Assembly (NCBI RefSeq): GCF_006345805.1
Contig: NC_043012.1
Coordinates: 5,580,001-5,644,000 of the forward strand
Origin: Octopus sinensis
Taxonomy: Eukaryota
Direction of reading: 5' to 3'
DNA length: 64,000 nt
Shown piece after piece: positions 12,465 to 24,472 of this stretch (position 1 is its first letter; every line of letters starts with the position of its first letter). The notes beneath the pieces were generated by a model, which searched no databases, was not told where the DNA came from, and worked only from the letters and a program-made list of their open reading frames with translations. A program made the translations under genes and the position numbers.

Positions 12465-12625
12465 GTCATCATCATTTAGCATCCGTTTTCCATGCTAGCA
12501 TGGGTTGGACGGTTCAACTGGGGTCTGTGAAGCCGGAAGGCTGCATCAGGCCCAGTCAGATCTGGCAGTGTTTCTACGGCTGGATGCCCTTCCTAACGCC
12601 AACCACTCCGTGAGTGTAGTGGGTC
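12465..12625 (-). mobile_element. Short element sharing the RTE 3' tail. Others: 16585-16910 -, 17675-17840 +, 21608-21808 +, 23363-23500 +, 39970-40088 -, 40240-40365 -, 61808-62035 +, 63455-63525 +
   Basis: High identity to 1440-1610 including the (GAT)n tail. Confidence 0.9.
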
Positions 12626-12864
12626 CTTAATATAATTATATACATATATATATATTATCAATTTAATGTATAAATTACCTATAAATTTTTGTTGCATGCT
12701 GATTACCTGATAAAAATCATTAACATGATTAATCATGTTAATGATTTTTATCCTTATATTTCATTTCTGAACGAGTTACAATATAACAATTACATAGATA
12801 CACACACTGATACAAGAACAAATACATAATTTTCTGTTAAAACAATGAACAAACACACACATAT

Positions 12865-13205
12865 AAAGACCCCCTTTGGTCATGAATGACCATGGATTTG
12901 CAGCTAGAAAGTTCCCATCTGAAACACAAGTCCAAGTAACATTATTTTTTATGGAAGACCAGCAGTTGCCCATGCATACCAGCCTCTCCTCTCCATGCAA
13001 TTGATGTTATCCAAGGAAAAGGCAAAGGCCGATAAAGTTTGGCACCAGTAACATCGCAACTCATTTCTACAGATGAGTGGACTGGAGCAACGTGAAATAA
13101 AATGTCTTGCTCAAGAACACAACACACAGCCCAGTCCAGGAATTGAACTCACTACCTCATGATTGTGAGCCCAATGCTGTAACCACTGAGCCATGTGCCT
13201 TCACA
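12865..13205 (-). mobile_element. tRNA-head SINE family C. Others: 4800-4940 -, 10850-11000 -, 15160-15290 -, 24105-24430 +, 62900-63035 -
   Basis: Head ggcacatggctcagtggttacagcattgggctcacaatcatgaggtagtgagttcaattcc; shared body gagtggactggagcaacgtgaaat. Confidence 0.8.
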
Positions 13206-13337
13206 CATACAAACATATACATACACAGCCACAAGTACAATTGGAGAAAAGTAATATGGATGTGCAGTATAGACTTCCGGTGGAGGGGTAGACACAGATG
13301 GATCGCAATTTTATAGAGATATATGATTTGTGCTTAC

Positions 13338-13493
13338 TTGCTTTGTGAACGACGAGCGGGTGGTTTGAAATCATCACTATAGCTGCTATCATCATCATCG
13401 CTATCTTTTTCTTTCTTATTTTTTTTACGAATGTCATCATCATCGTCATCATCATCATCATCGTCATCATCACTACCTTGCCAATCTTCAGAC
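13338..13493 (-). CDS. CHD1: CHD1 coding exon 5 (156 nt, phase 2 to 2): (E)SEDWQGSDDDDDDDDDDDDIRKKNKKEKDSDDDDSSYSDDFKPPARRSQS(K)
   Basis: Acceptor gttgtttctcag|, donor |gtaagc; EDWQ motif corresponds to CHD1 DEDWQMSG. Confidence 0.92.
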
Positions 13494-14567
13494 CTGAGAA
13501 ACAACAGACAGCAATGTCTTTAAATGCAACATTACTGTCAGTGAACTGTGTACATGTGTGTGAAGAAATTCGATGGAGAAATGATGCTTGCAAAGGCCAA
13601 ACAGGAGTAAACTGGAAACAACTAAAACACTGATACTTATGCATCTAGGTACATGATGTGCAAACTCTTCCCCGAGCAACTGCTACGCTTCCAAGTCATA
13701 CGTGTCATGGGATTGAACACATAACATTTGAAAAAAAAGGTTTAACATTATTTAAGTCTCAATCTTATGCATTTTCCTCTGTTGGGACAACAGGAATTCT
13801 ACAGCCTGAAAGCAATCAATAACCTGATCGAATATTGAAACATGAAAAAAGAAATGAAAAATATACAAGACACAAGGATAACAAACAAGTCTAAAACCAC
13901 CATACACCTAGATATGTCAGATAACCTTTTTTTCCCACCTAGATGCTATATAAAGAACCTTAAACTTTGTTTTGTTATAAATATATGAAATATAATCAAA
14001 TATTGTGAAATACAATGAATATATGAAATAGAATCAAATATTCCTTTTCCGCTTTCATTCCATCACACATAGGGAAGGACAGATCTGTTTAAGAAAGGCA
14101 TCATAGGCTAAGCAATGAATTGATAAAACTTTTAAATCAAATCGTTCAATTATCATAGTGATAATTACCAAATGATATATTGCCTCCAAAACCTGGCAAA
14201 CAATTAAACTGAGAAATTCACTCTTTGCTATTTATGGTTAGGATAGAAAGAATACTGAACAAGAAGCTTTCTCCGAATACATTATAACCTATAGCTGTTG
14301 CACTAACCACTGACATCAGGTAAAAACCAATTCAAGCCAAAGTACAAACCTCTACATGGTTGTTTAACATACTAGAAATAGCAGCCAAATCTCCCTCAAA
14401 TCATACCCTACAATCTTCAAAAAAGAAATTATGCATTGGACGATATAATTCAAGATATACTAGATCTGAAAAAAAGGAACAGAACGATCACAGCTGGAAT
14501 GTCTTTCATTCTGGGTTTGTCCTGGGGGCTAAGCAACAATATGAAAATGATATGAGCAGATCCTTAC

Positions 14568-14632
14568 TCTTTGCGCCGTGAACGTTTTTTCCTCCGCTTG
14601 TTATCGCTGCTTCCTTCATCACTGTCAGTGTT
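14568..14632 (-). CDS. CHD1: CHD1 coding exon 4 (65 nt, phase 0 to 2): NTDSDEGSSDNKRRKKRSRRK(E)
   Basis: Acceptor ttttctgttatag|, donor |gtaagg; phases match. Confidence 0.9.
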
Positions 14633-15524
14633 CTATAACAGAAAAGCAAAACTGTTAAGGAATGTACACAAGTTTAAACCAAAAGTAAAGACAGTTTCTG
14701 GTGAGTTTTCGACTTGCTTTCGCTGCCATCCCTAAGTCTCACTAACAGTAAGACCGTAAGTAGGCACAGGCGCAGCTGTGTGGTAAGAAGCTTGCTTCCC
14801 AACCATGTGGTTCCAGGTTCAGTCCCACTGCATGGCACTTTGGGTAAGTGTCTCCTACTATAACCTCGGGCCAACTGCAACTTTGTGAGGGTATTTGACA
14901 GACAGAAACTGAAAGAAGCTTGTCATACATATGTGTGTCTGTGTTTGTCCTCCACTACCACTTCACAACCAGTGTTGGTGTGTTTATGTCCCTGTAGCCT
15001 AGCAGTTTGGCAAAAGGGAGTGGTAAAAAAAAAAGTACTGAGGTCAATTCTTCAAGTGCCCCAGCATGGCCTCATTCTAATGACAGAAACAACTTGTTAC
15101 CCAGTTTCCGTGGCTTATAAGTCATCACACAACCACAACATTCCCCACTGATCAGAAGGTTACTAATTTGCAGTTGAGTGGCCTGGAGCAATATAAAATG
15201 AAGTGTTTTGCTCAAGAACACAACATACCTCCCAATCCAGGAATCAAAACCATGATCTTGTAATCATGAGCACAACCACTACGCCACACGCCCTCAGCAC
15301 TAACAATAATGCCAATAAATAAATAAAACAATCTGAAAGTTGCAATAAGAAAAGATTAGATGTTATAATTACTGACATCACTGGTATAGAGGGGGTAGAT
15401 ATGTAAGTAGGTGGGCATTAGAACTGGGATGGGCTGAATGTATGTTGAAAATGCACCCAACAATCCCTGGCCTCGTGACACATCTTCAGAAGTTTGCAGA
15501 CAACACCACAGATGACAATGATTC

Positions 15525-15745
15525 TTATTTCTTTACTGCCCACAAGGGGCTAAACATAGAGTGGACAAACAAGGACAGACAAAGGGATTAAGTTGATTAC
15601 ATCGACCCCAGTGTGTAACTTGTGCTTAATTTATCGATCCCGAAAGGATGAAAGGCAAAGTCGACCTTGGCGGAATTTGAACTCAGAATGCAACGGCAGA
15701 TGAAATACCGCTAAGCATCTCGCCCGGTGTGCCAGCTTGCCACAG
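15525..15745 (-). mobile_element. SINE family A. Others: 20690-20790 -, 26131-26356 - (nested in a family B copy), 28167-28385 +, 30587-30810 +, 50458-50660 +, 63078-63307 +
   Basis: Shared gagctggcagaaacgttagcacgccgggcgaaatgc...gttcaaattccgccgaggtcgactttgcctttcatcc...tagtaaagaaata. Confidence 0.9.
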
Positions 15746-16260
15746 ATGACAATGATTCTGTTGCAGACACTGGGACAGAGCAGCAAATGGTAGCAGGAGG
15801 CAGGGGGGATTGTTGAAGACAAAATCGTCAAACAGTGAAAATTCCAAAAAGGCCTAACAACAAGAATATGCATAGAGACATATATACTCAGACATATGTA
15901 TAGAACTATATATGCATAGTAGTTAAGATGTTACACTCGCAATTGCTCGATCGTGGGTTCAATCTCTAGACATGGCAACATATTGTGTTTGCAAGCAAAA
16001 CGTCTTAATTTCACATCGCTCAAGTTCACTCAACTGCTAATTGGATAACCCTGCAACAGAATAGTCTTCCAGCCAGGGAGAATATTGACCTGCTTGCCTA
16101 TCAAGTGGGGTAGCATCCTTTGAAGGCTAAAACAATGCGAAGCACATTGTGACCAGCGATACATAGCAACATCCAATAGACTAGTCATTACCATGATTTT
16201 ATATATATATATATATATATAATCGTATATTAGACCTTGACAAACAATGAAATCACTCAC

Positions 16261-16344
16261 CCGCGTCTGTGTATATCTTGTAGGTTCTTTGCGTGCTCTG
16301 CCTGATCTTCTAATACCATATAAATCAGGAGTTTTTTCCCACAG
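16261..16344 (-). CDS. CHD1: CHD1 coding exon 3 (84 nt, phase 0 to 0): LWEKTPDLYGIRRSGRARKEPTRYTQTR
   Basis: Acceptor atgtttag|, donor |gtgagt; W-x-x-x-P-x-LYGIRRS-x-R is the conserved N-terminal island of CHD1/2 orthologs. Confidence 0.92.
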
Positions 16345-17080
16345 CTAAACATTGTGTAGAAAAATAAAAAGTAAACTAAATTAATTTCCAGCTTGCAAAT
16401 GCAAGAAATGATGAAAAAAATATATACAAAGAAGAATCTTTATATTTCATAACTGAGAGGATAATTCTGTCTTGAAACAGTACGGATTCCAATAGGTCCA
16501 AAGTATGGATGATAATACCTACATGTGAGTGTGTGTGTGTATACATACATATATATATATATAAATAATATTAGGGTAATAATCATCATCATCATCATCA
16601 TTTAACGTCCGCTTTCCATACTAGCATGGGTTGGACGGGTCAACTGGGGTCTGGGAAGCTGAAAGGCTTCGTCAGGCCCAGTCAGATCTGGCAGTGTTTC
16701 TACAGCTGGATGCCCTTCCTAACGCCAACCACTCCGCGTGTGTAGTGGGTGTTTTTTACGTGCCACCTGCACAGGTGCCAGACAGAGCTGGCAAACGGCC
16801 ACGAACGGATGGTGCTTTTACGTGTCACCGGCACGGGGCCAGGCGATGCTGGCAACGGACACGAACGGATGGTGCTTTTACGTGCCACCGACACGGGGCC
16901 AGACAGAACTGGCAAGAATTATCGAAATTATTATTACTAGTGGCCTAGCACAAAAAGAACAGTCAAAATACTATATGTTATTCACATAATGTACACGATA
17001 TTTTTGTATATACATATATATATATACACATACACTCACACACATTTATACGTGTGTGTGTGTGTATGTATGTATGTATG

Positions 17081-17137
<57 letters not shown>

Positions 17138-17154
17138 ATATATATATATATATA

Positions 17155-17343
17155 TCGGCATTCGCCAAGATAGATCGCTAGCCACTGAACCATTTTTATT
17201 CTCTCTCCCAGTTTATTTCTGTGCTCCTTTTTGTCGAAGAGAGACGGCTCGAAACGTAAAAGATTTTCTCACTTCCCGAGCATTAAACTAATACATCTAT
17301 TTGCTGTTTACACACCCACCTTTGTTCTTTTGTAAATTCTCAC

Positions 17344-17345
<2 letters not shown>
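17155..17345 (+). mobile_element. Penelope-like-derived repeat with hammerhead-like core
   Basis: cttttt g TCGAAGA G agacggct C GAAAC GT A AAAG at ~17228-17265, between (TA)n tracts. Confidence 0.4.
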
Positions 17346-17374
<29 letters not shown>

Positions 17375-17999
17375 GTATGTATATATAAATACACACACAC
17401 ACACACACATATACATATATACACACACTTAGCATAGCATATATATACTACAGTTGCCACTTGAAATCAAGGCAACTTGGTAGCCTGGCACATGCTTTCA
17501 CTAATTGTTTTAGGATGCCAGATAGCTTTGAGCAAACAAAGACACCCTCCCATCCCAGTAAAACATCCAGGATGTGACAGTTGGAAGAACAAGGAGCTAG
17601 ACCAGCACTGAGCTAGTACTCATTTCAACCGAGGGGACTGGAGCAATGCAAAATCAAATAATAAAGCTTCTTAAAGCACCCACTACACTCATGGAGTGGT
17701 TGGCGTTAGGAAGGGCATCCAGCCGTAGAAACATTGCCAGATCAGACTGGGCCTGGTGCAGCCTTCTGGCTTCCCAGACCCCAGTTGCACCGTCCAACCC
17801 ATGCTAGCATGGAAAGCGGATGCTAAACGATGATGATGATTACAACACAAAATTCAGTCTCTGCAATGTGACTCAAATTAAATGAGAGTGAAAAGAAAAG
17901 TTAACTATATCAACTTCCACACTCACATTGTTATAATAAATAAATTACATTCCATGTTCCTCTTTCAATGGTTTTCTCTTTTGTAATATTTTACATCAT

Positions 18000-18350
18000 G
18001 GAGGTGCAATGGCCCAGTGGTTAGGGCAGCGGACTCGCGGTCATATGGTCACTGTTTTGATTCCCAGACTAGGTGTTGTGTACATTTATTGAGTAAAAAC
18101 ACGTAAAGCACCACGAGGCTCCAGCAGGGGATGGGGGTGGACCCTGCTGTACGCTTTCACCACAACTTTCTTCCTGTTTCTGTTGTACCTGTATTTCAAA
18201 GGGCTAGCTTTGACACACTCTGTGTCACGCTGAATCTCCCCGAGAACTACGTTAAGGGTCCACGTGTCAGCCACTTGCACATTGATTTCACAAGCGGGCT
18301 GTTCCGTTGGTTGGATCAACTGGAACCCATGTCATCATAACCAACAGAGT
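18000..18350 (+). mobile_element. tRNA-derived SINE (further family)
   Basis: A-box tggcccagtggttagggc and B-box-like gttttgattccc followed by a unique body. Confidence 0.6.
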
Positions 18351-18961
18351 GCCACGATTTTACATCAATTCCCTTTTATTTATTCACATTTATTTTTCTT
18401 GTAACAACCAAGGATTGATAAATATAAAAATTTAGACATTTTTACGTTATTTTTTCCTTCGAGGAAATTAATTAATTGACTAGTTACCCGAAGAACAAAA
18501 TCATGTTTCTTCAACATATGCTCCTAGAATAACACTAAACCAATGGAAGGAATATTCTTACTCTCATGCACACATATACATACAGAAAGACGGAGAGGCA
18601 GACAGATATAGCTATTATATGCTATTGACACTTAAAAACCCATTATTCCAAGAAATTCAGGGTAAGAATTTGTGAAATATCAGCTTGTAGTAAAATATAA
18701 TACATAACTCCATTTTTAGTAGAGAGTACTCTTTTATCTTTACCTACCTCATCACCTAAGTTTGCATACACACACACACACACACATCTAAAGAGAGAGA
18801 GAGATCTATACAATACACACATTTGTGTGCACAAATAGGAGAAAATATATTCAATACATATGGCAGTTTATTCATTTGAAATTGATCGTTCATTCCACCA
18901 TTATTCTGAATTTCTTGCTCATACATGTTCATTTCCTCAATGTCTTTACTTTATCTATCTA

Positions 18962-19001
<40 letters not shown>

Positions 19002-19017
19002 CACACATATTTATATA

Positions 19018-19266
19018 TTGGGTTGGTACACAATTATTGCGGTTTTTTTTCAATAAATTTTATTCAACAAAAACAATAACATTTAACAAAGACATCTTTA
19101 AATGATTATTCCGGAGCACATTCACCATCTACCTCAATTACTGCTTCCCATTTGCTTGGCAGACGGTCAGAATAATCATTTAAAGATATTTTTGTTAAAT
19201 ATTGTTATTGTTTTTGTTTAATAGAATTCGTTGAAAAAAAGCCACAATAATTATGCACCAACCCAA
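19018..19266. mobile_element. Complete mariner MITE (249 bp), Hsmar1/cecropia-like TIRs, TA TSD
   Basis: ta|ttgggttggtacacaattattgcgg ... ccacaataattatgcaccaacccaa|ta; internal transposase C-terminal remnant. Confidence 0.9.
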
Positions 19267-19483
19267 TATATATGTATAAAAGCAGCCATGCTGGAGCATC
19301 ACATATATATACATATATATGCTGGAGCACCACACACACACACACATATATATGGAGAGAGAGAGAGAGAGAAGAAGAGACAGACAAAGAGAATGAAGTA
19401 CACTTTCATATGTCCAGTCATACAATCAGCTTTCTTTGTGTGTTTTGAACTCAAAATGAAAACAAAAATAGTCAAAAACTCAC

Positions 19484-20210
19484 ATCTTTTAATTCTTTCT
19501 TGGAACTGCGTTTCGTCCGGGCAGGTTGCTGTGGAGAACCGCTGGTATCATGAGAGTAGGAATCAGAATTTGAACTGTTGTCATCGCTGTTGTCCTCCTC
19601 GCTGCTGTTGTCCTTGCTCCGATCGTCACTCTCATCACCACTGTTGTCTTTCTCATCGGAATCAGCTTCTGCTTTGTTATCCTCCTCCTCCTCCTCCTCG
19701 CCTTCTTCATCTTCATCATTGCCATCATTATCAACATCTACTTTCTCATCTTCCTCATCATCATTGTTATCATCATCATCATCACCACCACCACCACCAT
19801 CATCATTGTCATCATCTTCATCATCATCGTCGTCATCTTCTTCCATTTGCTCTACTCCAGTAGCAGCTGCGGTAGCAGATGTTTCTTCTTCCTCATCATT
19901 TTCATCATGTTTCTCATCATCATCGTCGTCATTATTATCATTATCATCATCCTCATCCTCATCCTCATCATTGTTATTACTCTTGTTATCATTGTCATCA
20001 TCATCATCATCACCATTGTCGTCATCATCATCTCCATCATCAGCATTGCCATCGTCATCAGACTTGGCAGATTTCTCAGAATCAGAACGTGCCGTGCCAG
20101 TTGAGGCATCATGGTTTTTGGTTTCATTTTCTGAGTTTTTGCTGCCTGCTGAACTGGAATCAGAGTCAGAGCTGCTGCCAGAGTTAGATTCTGATTCAGA
20201 ATCAGAGCCA
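19484..20210 (-). CDS. CHD1: CHD1 coding exon 2 (727 nt, phase 2 to 0): Ser-rich then poly-Asp/Glu tract ending ...PARTKRSSKKELKD
   Basis: Acceptor tatctctccatag|, donor |gtgagt; 242 codons open in frame with both flanking exons. Confidence 0.92.
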
Positions 20211-21896
20211 CTATGGAGAGATATAAAAGACAGAATTCAGAAACAGATACAGATAAAGTACACACCTAACAGGCACACCCAAACAATACCCCTTTGTCCA
20301 TGTATGTAAGTGATCTTGAGCTAGTTTAAGTGTCTGTATACTAATCTATACAAAATATGGTTCCAGGTGAATTCATCTACAACAATGTGTGGTTGTAGGT
20401 GTGCGTGTGTTGTTGTATATGTGTGTATTGTTGTATACGTGTGTATGTGTGTTGTTGTATATGTGCGTATGTGTGTGTGGTTGTATGTATATGCATGTGA
20501 TTGTATGAGGGTGTATGTGTATGTATGTGTGTGGTTGTAGATGAATTGTATCCATAGGTAAATTGCTGTAGATGGATTGTTGAAGACAAATTCGCTGGAT
20601 ACCATAAAATACATCATTCTACATAATGATATTACTAACGTTCATTTCATTAACCAGGAGAATCAAATAGTAAACCAATCCATTTTAGAATTTTAACCTT
20701 GGTGGAATTTAAACTCTGACTGTAAAGACAGACGAAATACTGCTAAGCATTTTGCCCGACATGCTAACATTTCTACCACTTTGCCACCTTATAATAATTA
20801 TAGATTGGCAATTCAATGAGGAGAGATATAGAATAGCACAAATATCAGTTTATTGTGTTGTAACCCCAGCAGTGCACTATTGAAAAAGGAGCAGGTCATT
20901 AATTAGCAATAGAATTTACAGAGGAAAGGAAGATCCTTAAATTTTTTTTCATAAATATGGATCATCATTATCATTGGCAAGGGGCCTGGCATCGACCACG
21001 TTCAGAATACATATAAATTTTTTTTAAATACCCTCCTCTCAACATTTCCCAATATAATTCAATTGCTAATTAATGAGGCGCTCTCTTTTTGACAGTTGTT
21101 AACATAATAAACTAACGTCTGTGATGCTCTATAACTATTCTGAGAAGAGAGACACAATACATTGATATGATGAACAGTCAGCCTACAGTTACTGTGCTGT
21201 ATCTCTTGAAGTAACACTTGTTGCTTTCCCAGTTTAAAACTCTAAACAGGTATTCTGGAAATAGGTTAAACTCAGAACAATAAGCAGCAAGAGAACAGCA
21301 TTTTATTAGCTTGTGATGCTAAACTTATCAGGCTGAAGCCAGTTTTTGCCTTTTGTCCTTTGGCATCATTACAGCTTTCCAACAGGACAATCACGGTTTA
21401 CAAGAAAGTAGTGTATGTGTAAGGTAATTTCTTTTCCAAATGCATTTTTTTGCAGATATGCAAATCTTTTACCTATATATACACACACACACACCAGAGT
21501 AAGCACCAAAACTATCCAACAAACAGGAACATGAACCTCTGAATAACAGATTTTTGTGATGCTTTTGCAGCTTTAATAATGAAGTACACACACACATATG
21601 TATATGCCAGGCCCATCTGACTGGCTCCTGTGCCAGTGGCATGTAAAAAGCACCCACTACACTCTCAAAGTGGTTGGCGTGAGGAAGGGCAGCTGTAGAA
21701 ACCTTGCCAGATCAGACTAGAGCCTGGTGCAGCCGCTGGCTCTCCAGACCTCAGTCAAACCGTCCAACCCTTGCCAGCATGGAAAACAAACGTTAAACGA
21801 TGATGATATATATTATATATGCATGTATGTATATAGGTATGTTGGTGCAAACAGGGAAAATAGAACTCAAAATATGAGTATATATGCATATTTTTA

Positions 21897-22030
21897 TTAA
21901 TATTTAGAAGTAACAGAGTGATTCAAAGTCCAAGAGTTTCATGCGTTGGCACTTATTAACTAGTTTGGTAAGGGCCAATGCATAAAACTCTTGGACCTTG
22001 AGCCACTCTGTTGCTTCTGCTAAATATTAA
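21897..22030. repeat. ~134-nt foldback (about 60-bp imperfect stem) in a repeat family also at 46495-46890
   Basis: aacagagtgattcaaagtccaagagttt...ttggc pairs with gccaa...aaactcttggaccttgagccactctgtt. Confidence 0.85.
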
Positions 22031-22032
22031 CA

Positions 22033-22075
<43 letters not shown>

Positions 22076-22374
22076 CATGGAAAATGGGTTTCTGCAGTCC
22101 CCTTTTTATAAGGCTTTTGTCAATACAAGGCCATAAAGTATAAAACATTTGCCCCATGCATTGCTCAGTGATTAGAACCAAGGACCACTCGGTTGCAAAG
22201 CAAACTTCTTAACTACACAATTATATCAAAGACAGTAACTGTGGTTTTGAAAGGCCTTTCAAATTATTAACAACAGAACTTTACATTCAGAATAAATGCT
22301 GCCATCAGCTGAAGATGTTAAAAATGGGGGGGAAAAAAAGAGAGAGAGAGAGAAAGAAGTGGACTAAATCTTAC

Positions 22375-22556
22375 CTGGAATTTCCAGAGCCTGAATCCGA
22401 AGCACTGCTTTCTTCTTCTTCTGACTTATTGGAGCCCATTTCTACTTTAATGTTGTTGTGCTGGGGTGGAATGTACTGCTGGTAACCAGCATCTCTTTCA
22501 TAGTCAGAGGCTGGAAGTGCTGAAGTAGTTATTAAGCCTGATTTGAAGGAGTTCAT
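22375..22556 (-). CDS. CHD1: CHD1 first coding exon (exon 22375-22578; CDS from ATG 22556, alternative ATG 22439): MNSFKSGLITTSALPASDYERDAGYQQYIPPQHNNIKVEMGSNKSEEEESSASDSGSGNS(S)
   Basis: Acceptor ttttcttattgcttcag| at 22579, donor |gtaaga; an in-frame TAA six codons upstream of the ATG bounds the N-terminus; MGSNKSEEEESS resembles the vertebrate start MNGHSDEES. Confidence 0.85.
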
Positions 22557-22626
22557 ATGTCCATCAATTGATTAGTTTCTGAAGCAATAAGAAAAGGAAA
22601 AGTGTTTTAAGCTTAATAGTGTATAT

Positions 22627-22644
<18 letters not shown>

Positions 22645-22659
<15 letters not shown>

Positions 22660-22950
22660 CCAACCCTAGGGTTGCTGGTGCCCTAGGCAAGCTGAACATC
22701 GGCGTCCTTACAAGTATAATTTTTTTAAACTTTCATAAGGAGAAAAACTGAAAATATAGACTAAAAAGCACATGGTGTCCTGGGCGACTGCTGAAGTTGC
22801 CAGTACCACAAGCCAGCCTGTGTATAGGTATATATATATATATATTTATATATACATATATATACATACACACACACGTTATAATTTAGAACAAACAGTA
22901 AAAGGTTGTCATTGTATACATATGTGTGTGTGTGAGGGAGTGCAAATATC

Positions 22951-22997
<47 letters not shown>

Positions 22998-23289
22998 CCA
23001 ACCCTAGGGTTGCTGGTGCCCTAGGCAAGCTGAACATCGGCGTCCTTACAAGTATAATTTTTTTAAACTTTCATAAGGAGAAAAACTGAAAATATAGACT
23101 AAAAAGCACATGGTGTCCTGGGCGACTGCTGAAGTTGCCAGTACCACAAGCCAGCCCTGTGTATAGGTATATATATATATATATTTATATATACATATAT
23201 ATACATACACACACACGTTATAATTTAGAACAAACAGTAAAAGGTTGTCATTGTATACATATGTGTGTGTGTGAGGGAGTGCAAATATC

Positions 23290-23323
<34 letters not shown>

Positions 23324-23325
23324 CG
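22645..23325. repeat. Near-identical tandem duplication, unit ~338 bp, containing a hAT-MITE remnant and microsatellites
   Basis: caaccctagggttg at 22661 and 22999; units differ mainly by a 1-nt indel and microsatellite length. Confidence 0.95.
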
Positions 23326-23829
23326 CACACACACTTACATGTATAAATAACTAAATATATATGGCGTTAGGAAGGGCATCCAGCTGTCGAAACTCTGCCA
23401 GACCATATTTGAGCCTGGTGCAGCCTCTGGCTCTCCAGACCTCGGTCAAACCATCCAACCCATGCCGGCATGGAAAACAGACGTTAATCGATGATGATGA
23501 TGTTACATGTTCGCATGTAAGCAACTATGTGTATATGAGGATGAGGTTGCATACATACATACACGTTTGTATGTGTGTGTATGTACATATACATGTTTGA
23601 ATGAGTATGTGTGTAGATGTTGTGAATGCAGGAGTACTACAATGACAACCTTTCACTGTTTCTTCTGAATTATAACATATAAAATAATCCTCTATTTCTC
23701 CTATATCGAAGTCTCATTCTTTCATTGTCAAAAATATTATGTGATCTGATGCTGAGCAAAATCATTCCTAGAATGTAAAAGAATGCCTGGAGATGCTGCT
23801 TCAAAGATGTAAAATCCTGCAAGCATTTT

Positions 23830-23940
23830 AAACATAGAATAACTCTGGAAAATGGTATCTTTTGGAAAGACGATTGTGTTGTTCTGAAAGAAATATCCAA
23901 GAAGCAAATCATTACAAATGTTCATGACAAGATCCATTAG
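23830..23940 (+). mobile_element. Degenerate Ty3/Gypsy pol fragment (region just before the integrase zinc finger)
   Basis: KHRITLENGIFWKDDCVVLKEISKKQIITNVHDKIH* resembles the L-x-x-ENGIL-x-x-x-DRVVIP...QIL-x-x-LH gypsy motif. Confidence 0.5.
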
Positions 23941-24472
23941 GACAGAGGCCACTGGACCATGAATCATTTCATACCAGGCCACACAGAAAGAATAAATTTT
24001 TTAATTTTGAGGTGTGTAATTGTAGAAATAAAGTATGTAATATACAATGTCACAATTACATTTGTATTATATATACAATAATTAAATTACATAAATAATA
24101 CAAAGGCGCATGGCTCAGTGGTTAGAGTGTCAGGCTACACTCATGAGGTAGTGAGTTCAATTCCTAGACTGGAGTGTGTGTTGTGTTCTTGAGTAAGACA
24201 CTTTACTTTATGTTACTCAGTTCACTCAGCTGTAGAAATGAGTTGCAATGTCACCGGTACCAAACTATATCAGCCTTTGCCTTGGATAACATTGTTGGCA
24301 TGACGAGAGGCTGGTATGCATGGATGACTGCTGGTCTTCTATAAAAGACAACCATGCCTGGATTTGTGCCTTGGAGTGAAACATTCTAGTTGCAATCCCA
24401 TAGTCGTTCATGACTGAAAGGGATCTTTACATTTTTTAAAAATTAAAATTTATATTACGTACTTTGTATATA

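Noticed and set aside
18000-18075. tRNA genes at SINE heads (also 8500, 24105, 30587)
   Set aside because: No complete cloverleaf or acceptor stem; each continues into a SINE body.
19600-20080. Idea that the CHD1 GAT-rich exon derives from RTE (GAT)n tails
   Set aside because: No RTE tail sequence adjoins the triplets; mixed Asp/Asn/Glu codons point to slippage under protein-level selection.
19578-20309. 243-aa plus-strand Ser/Leu-rich ORF and other overlapping low-complexity ORFs
   Set aside because: Antisense and alternative-frame shadows of the triplet-rich CHD1 exon 19484-20210.
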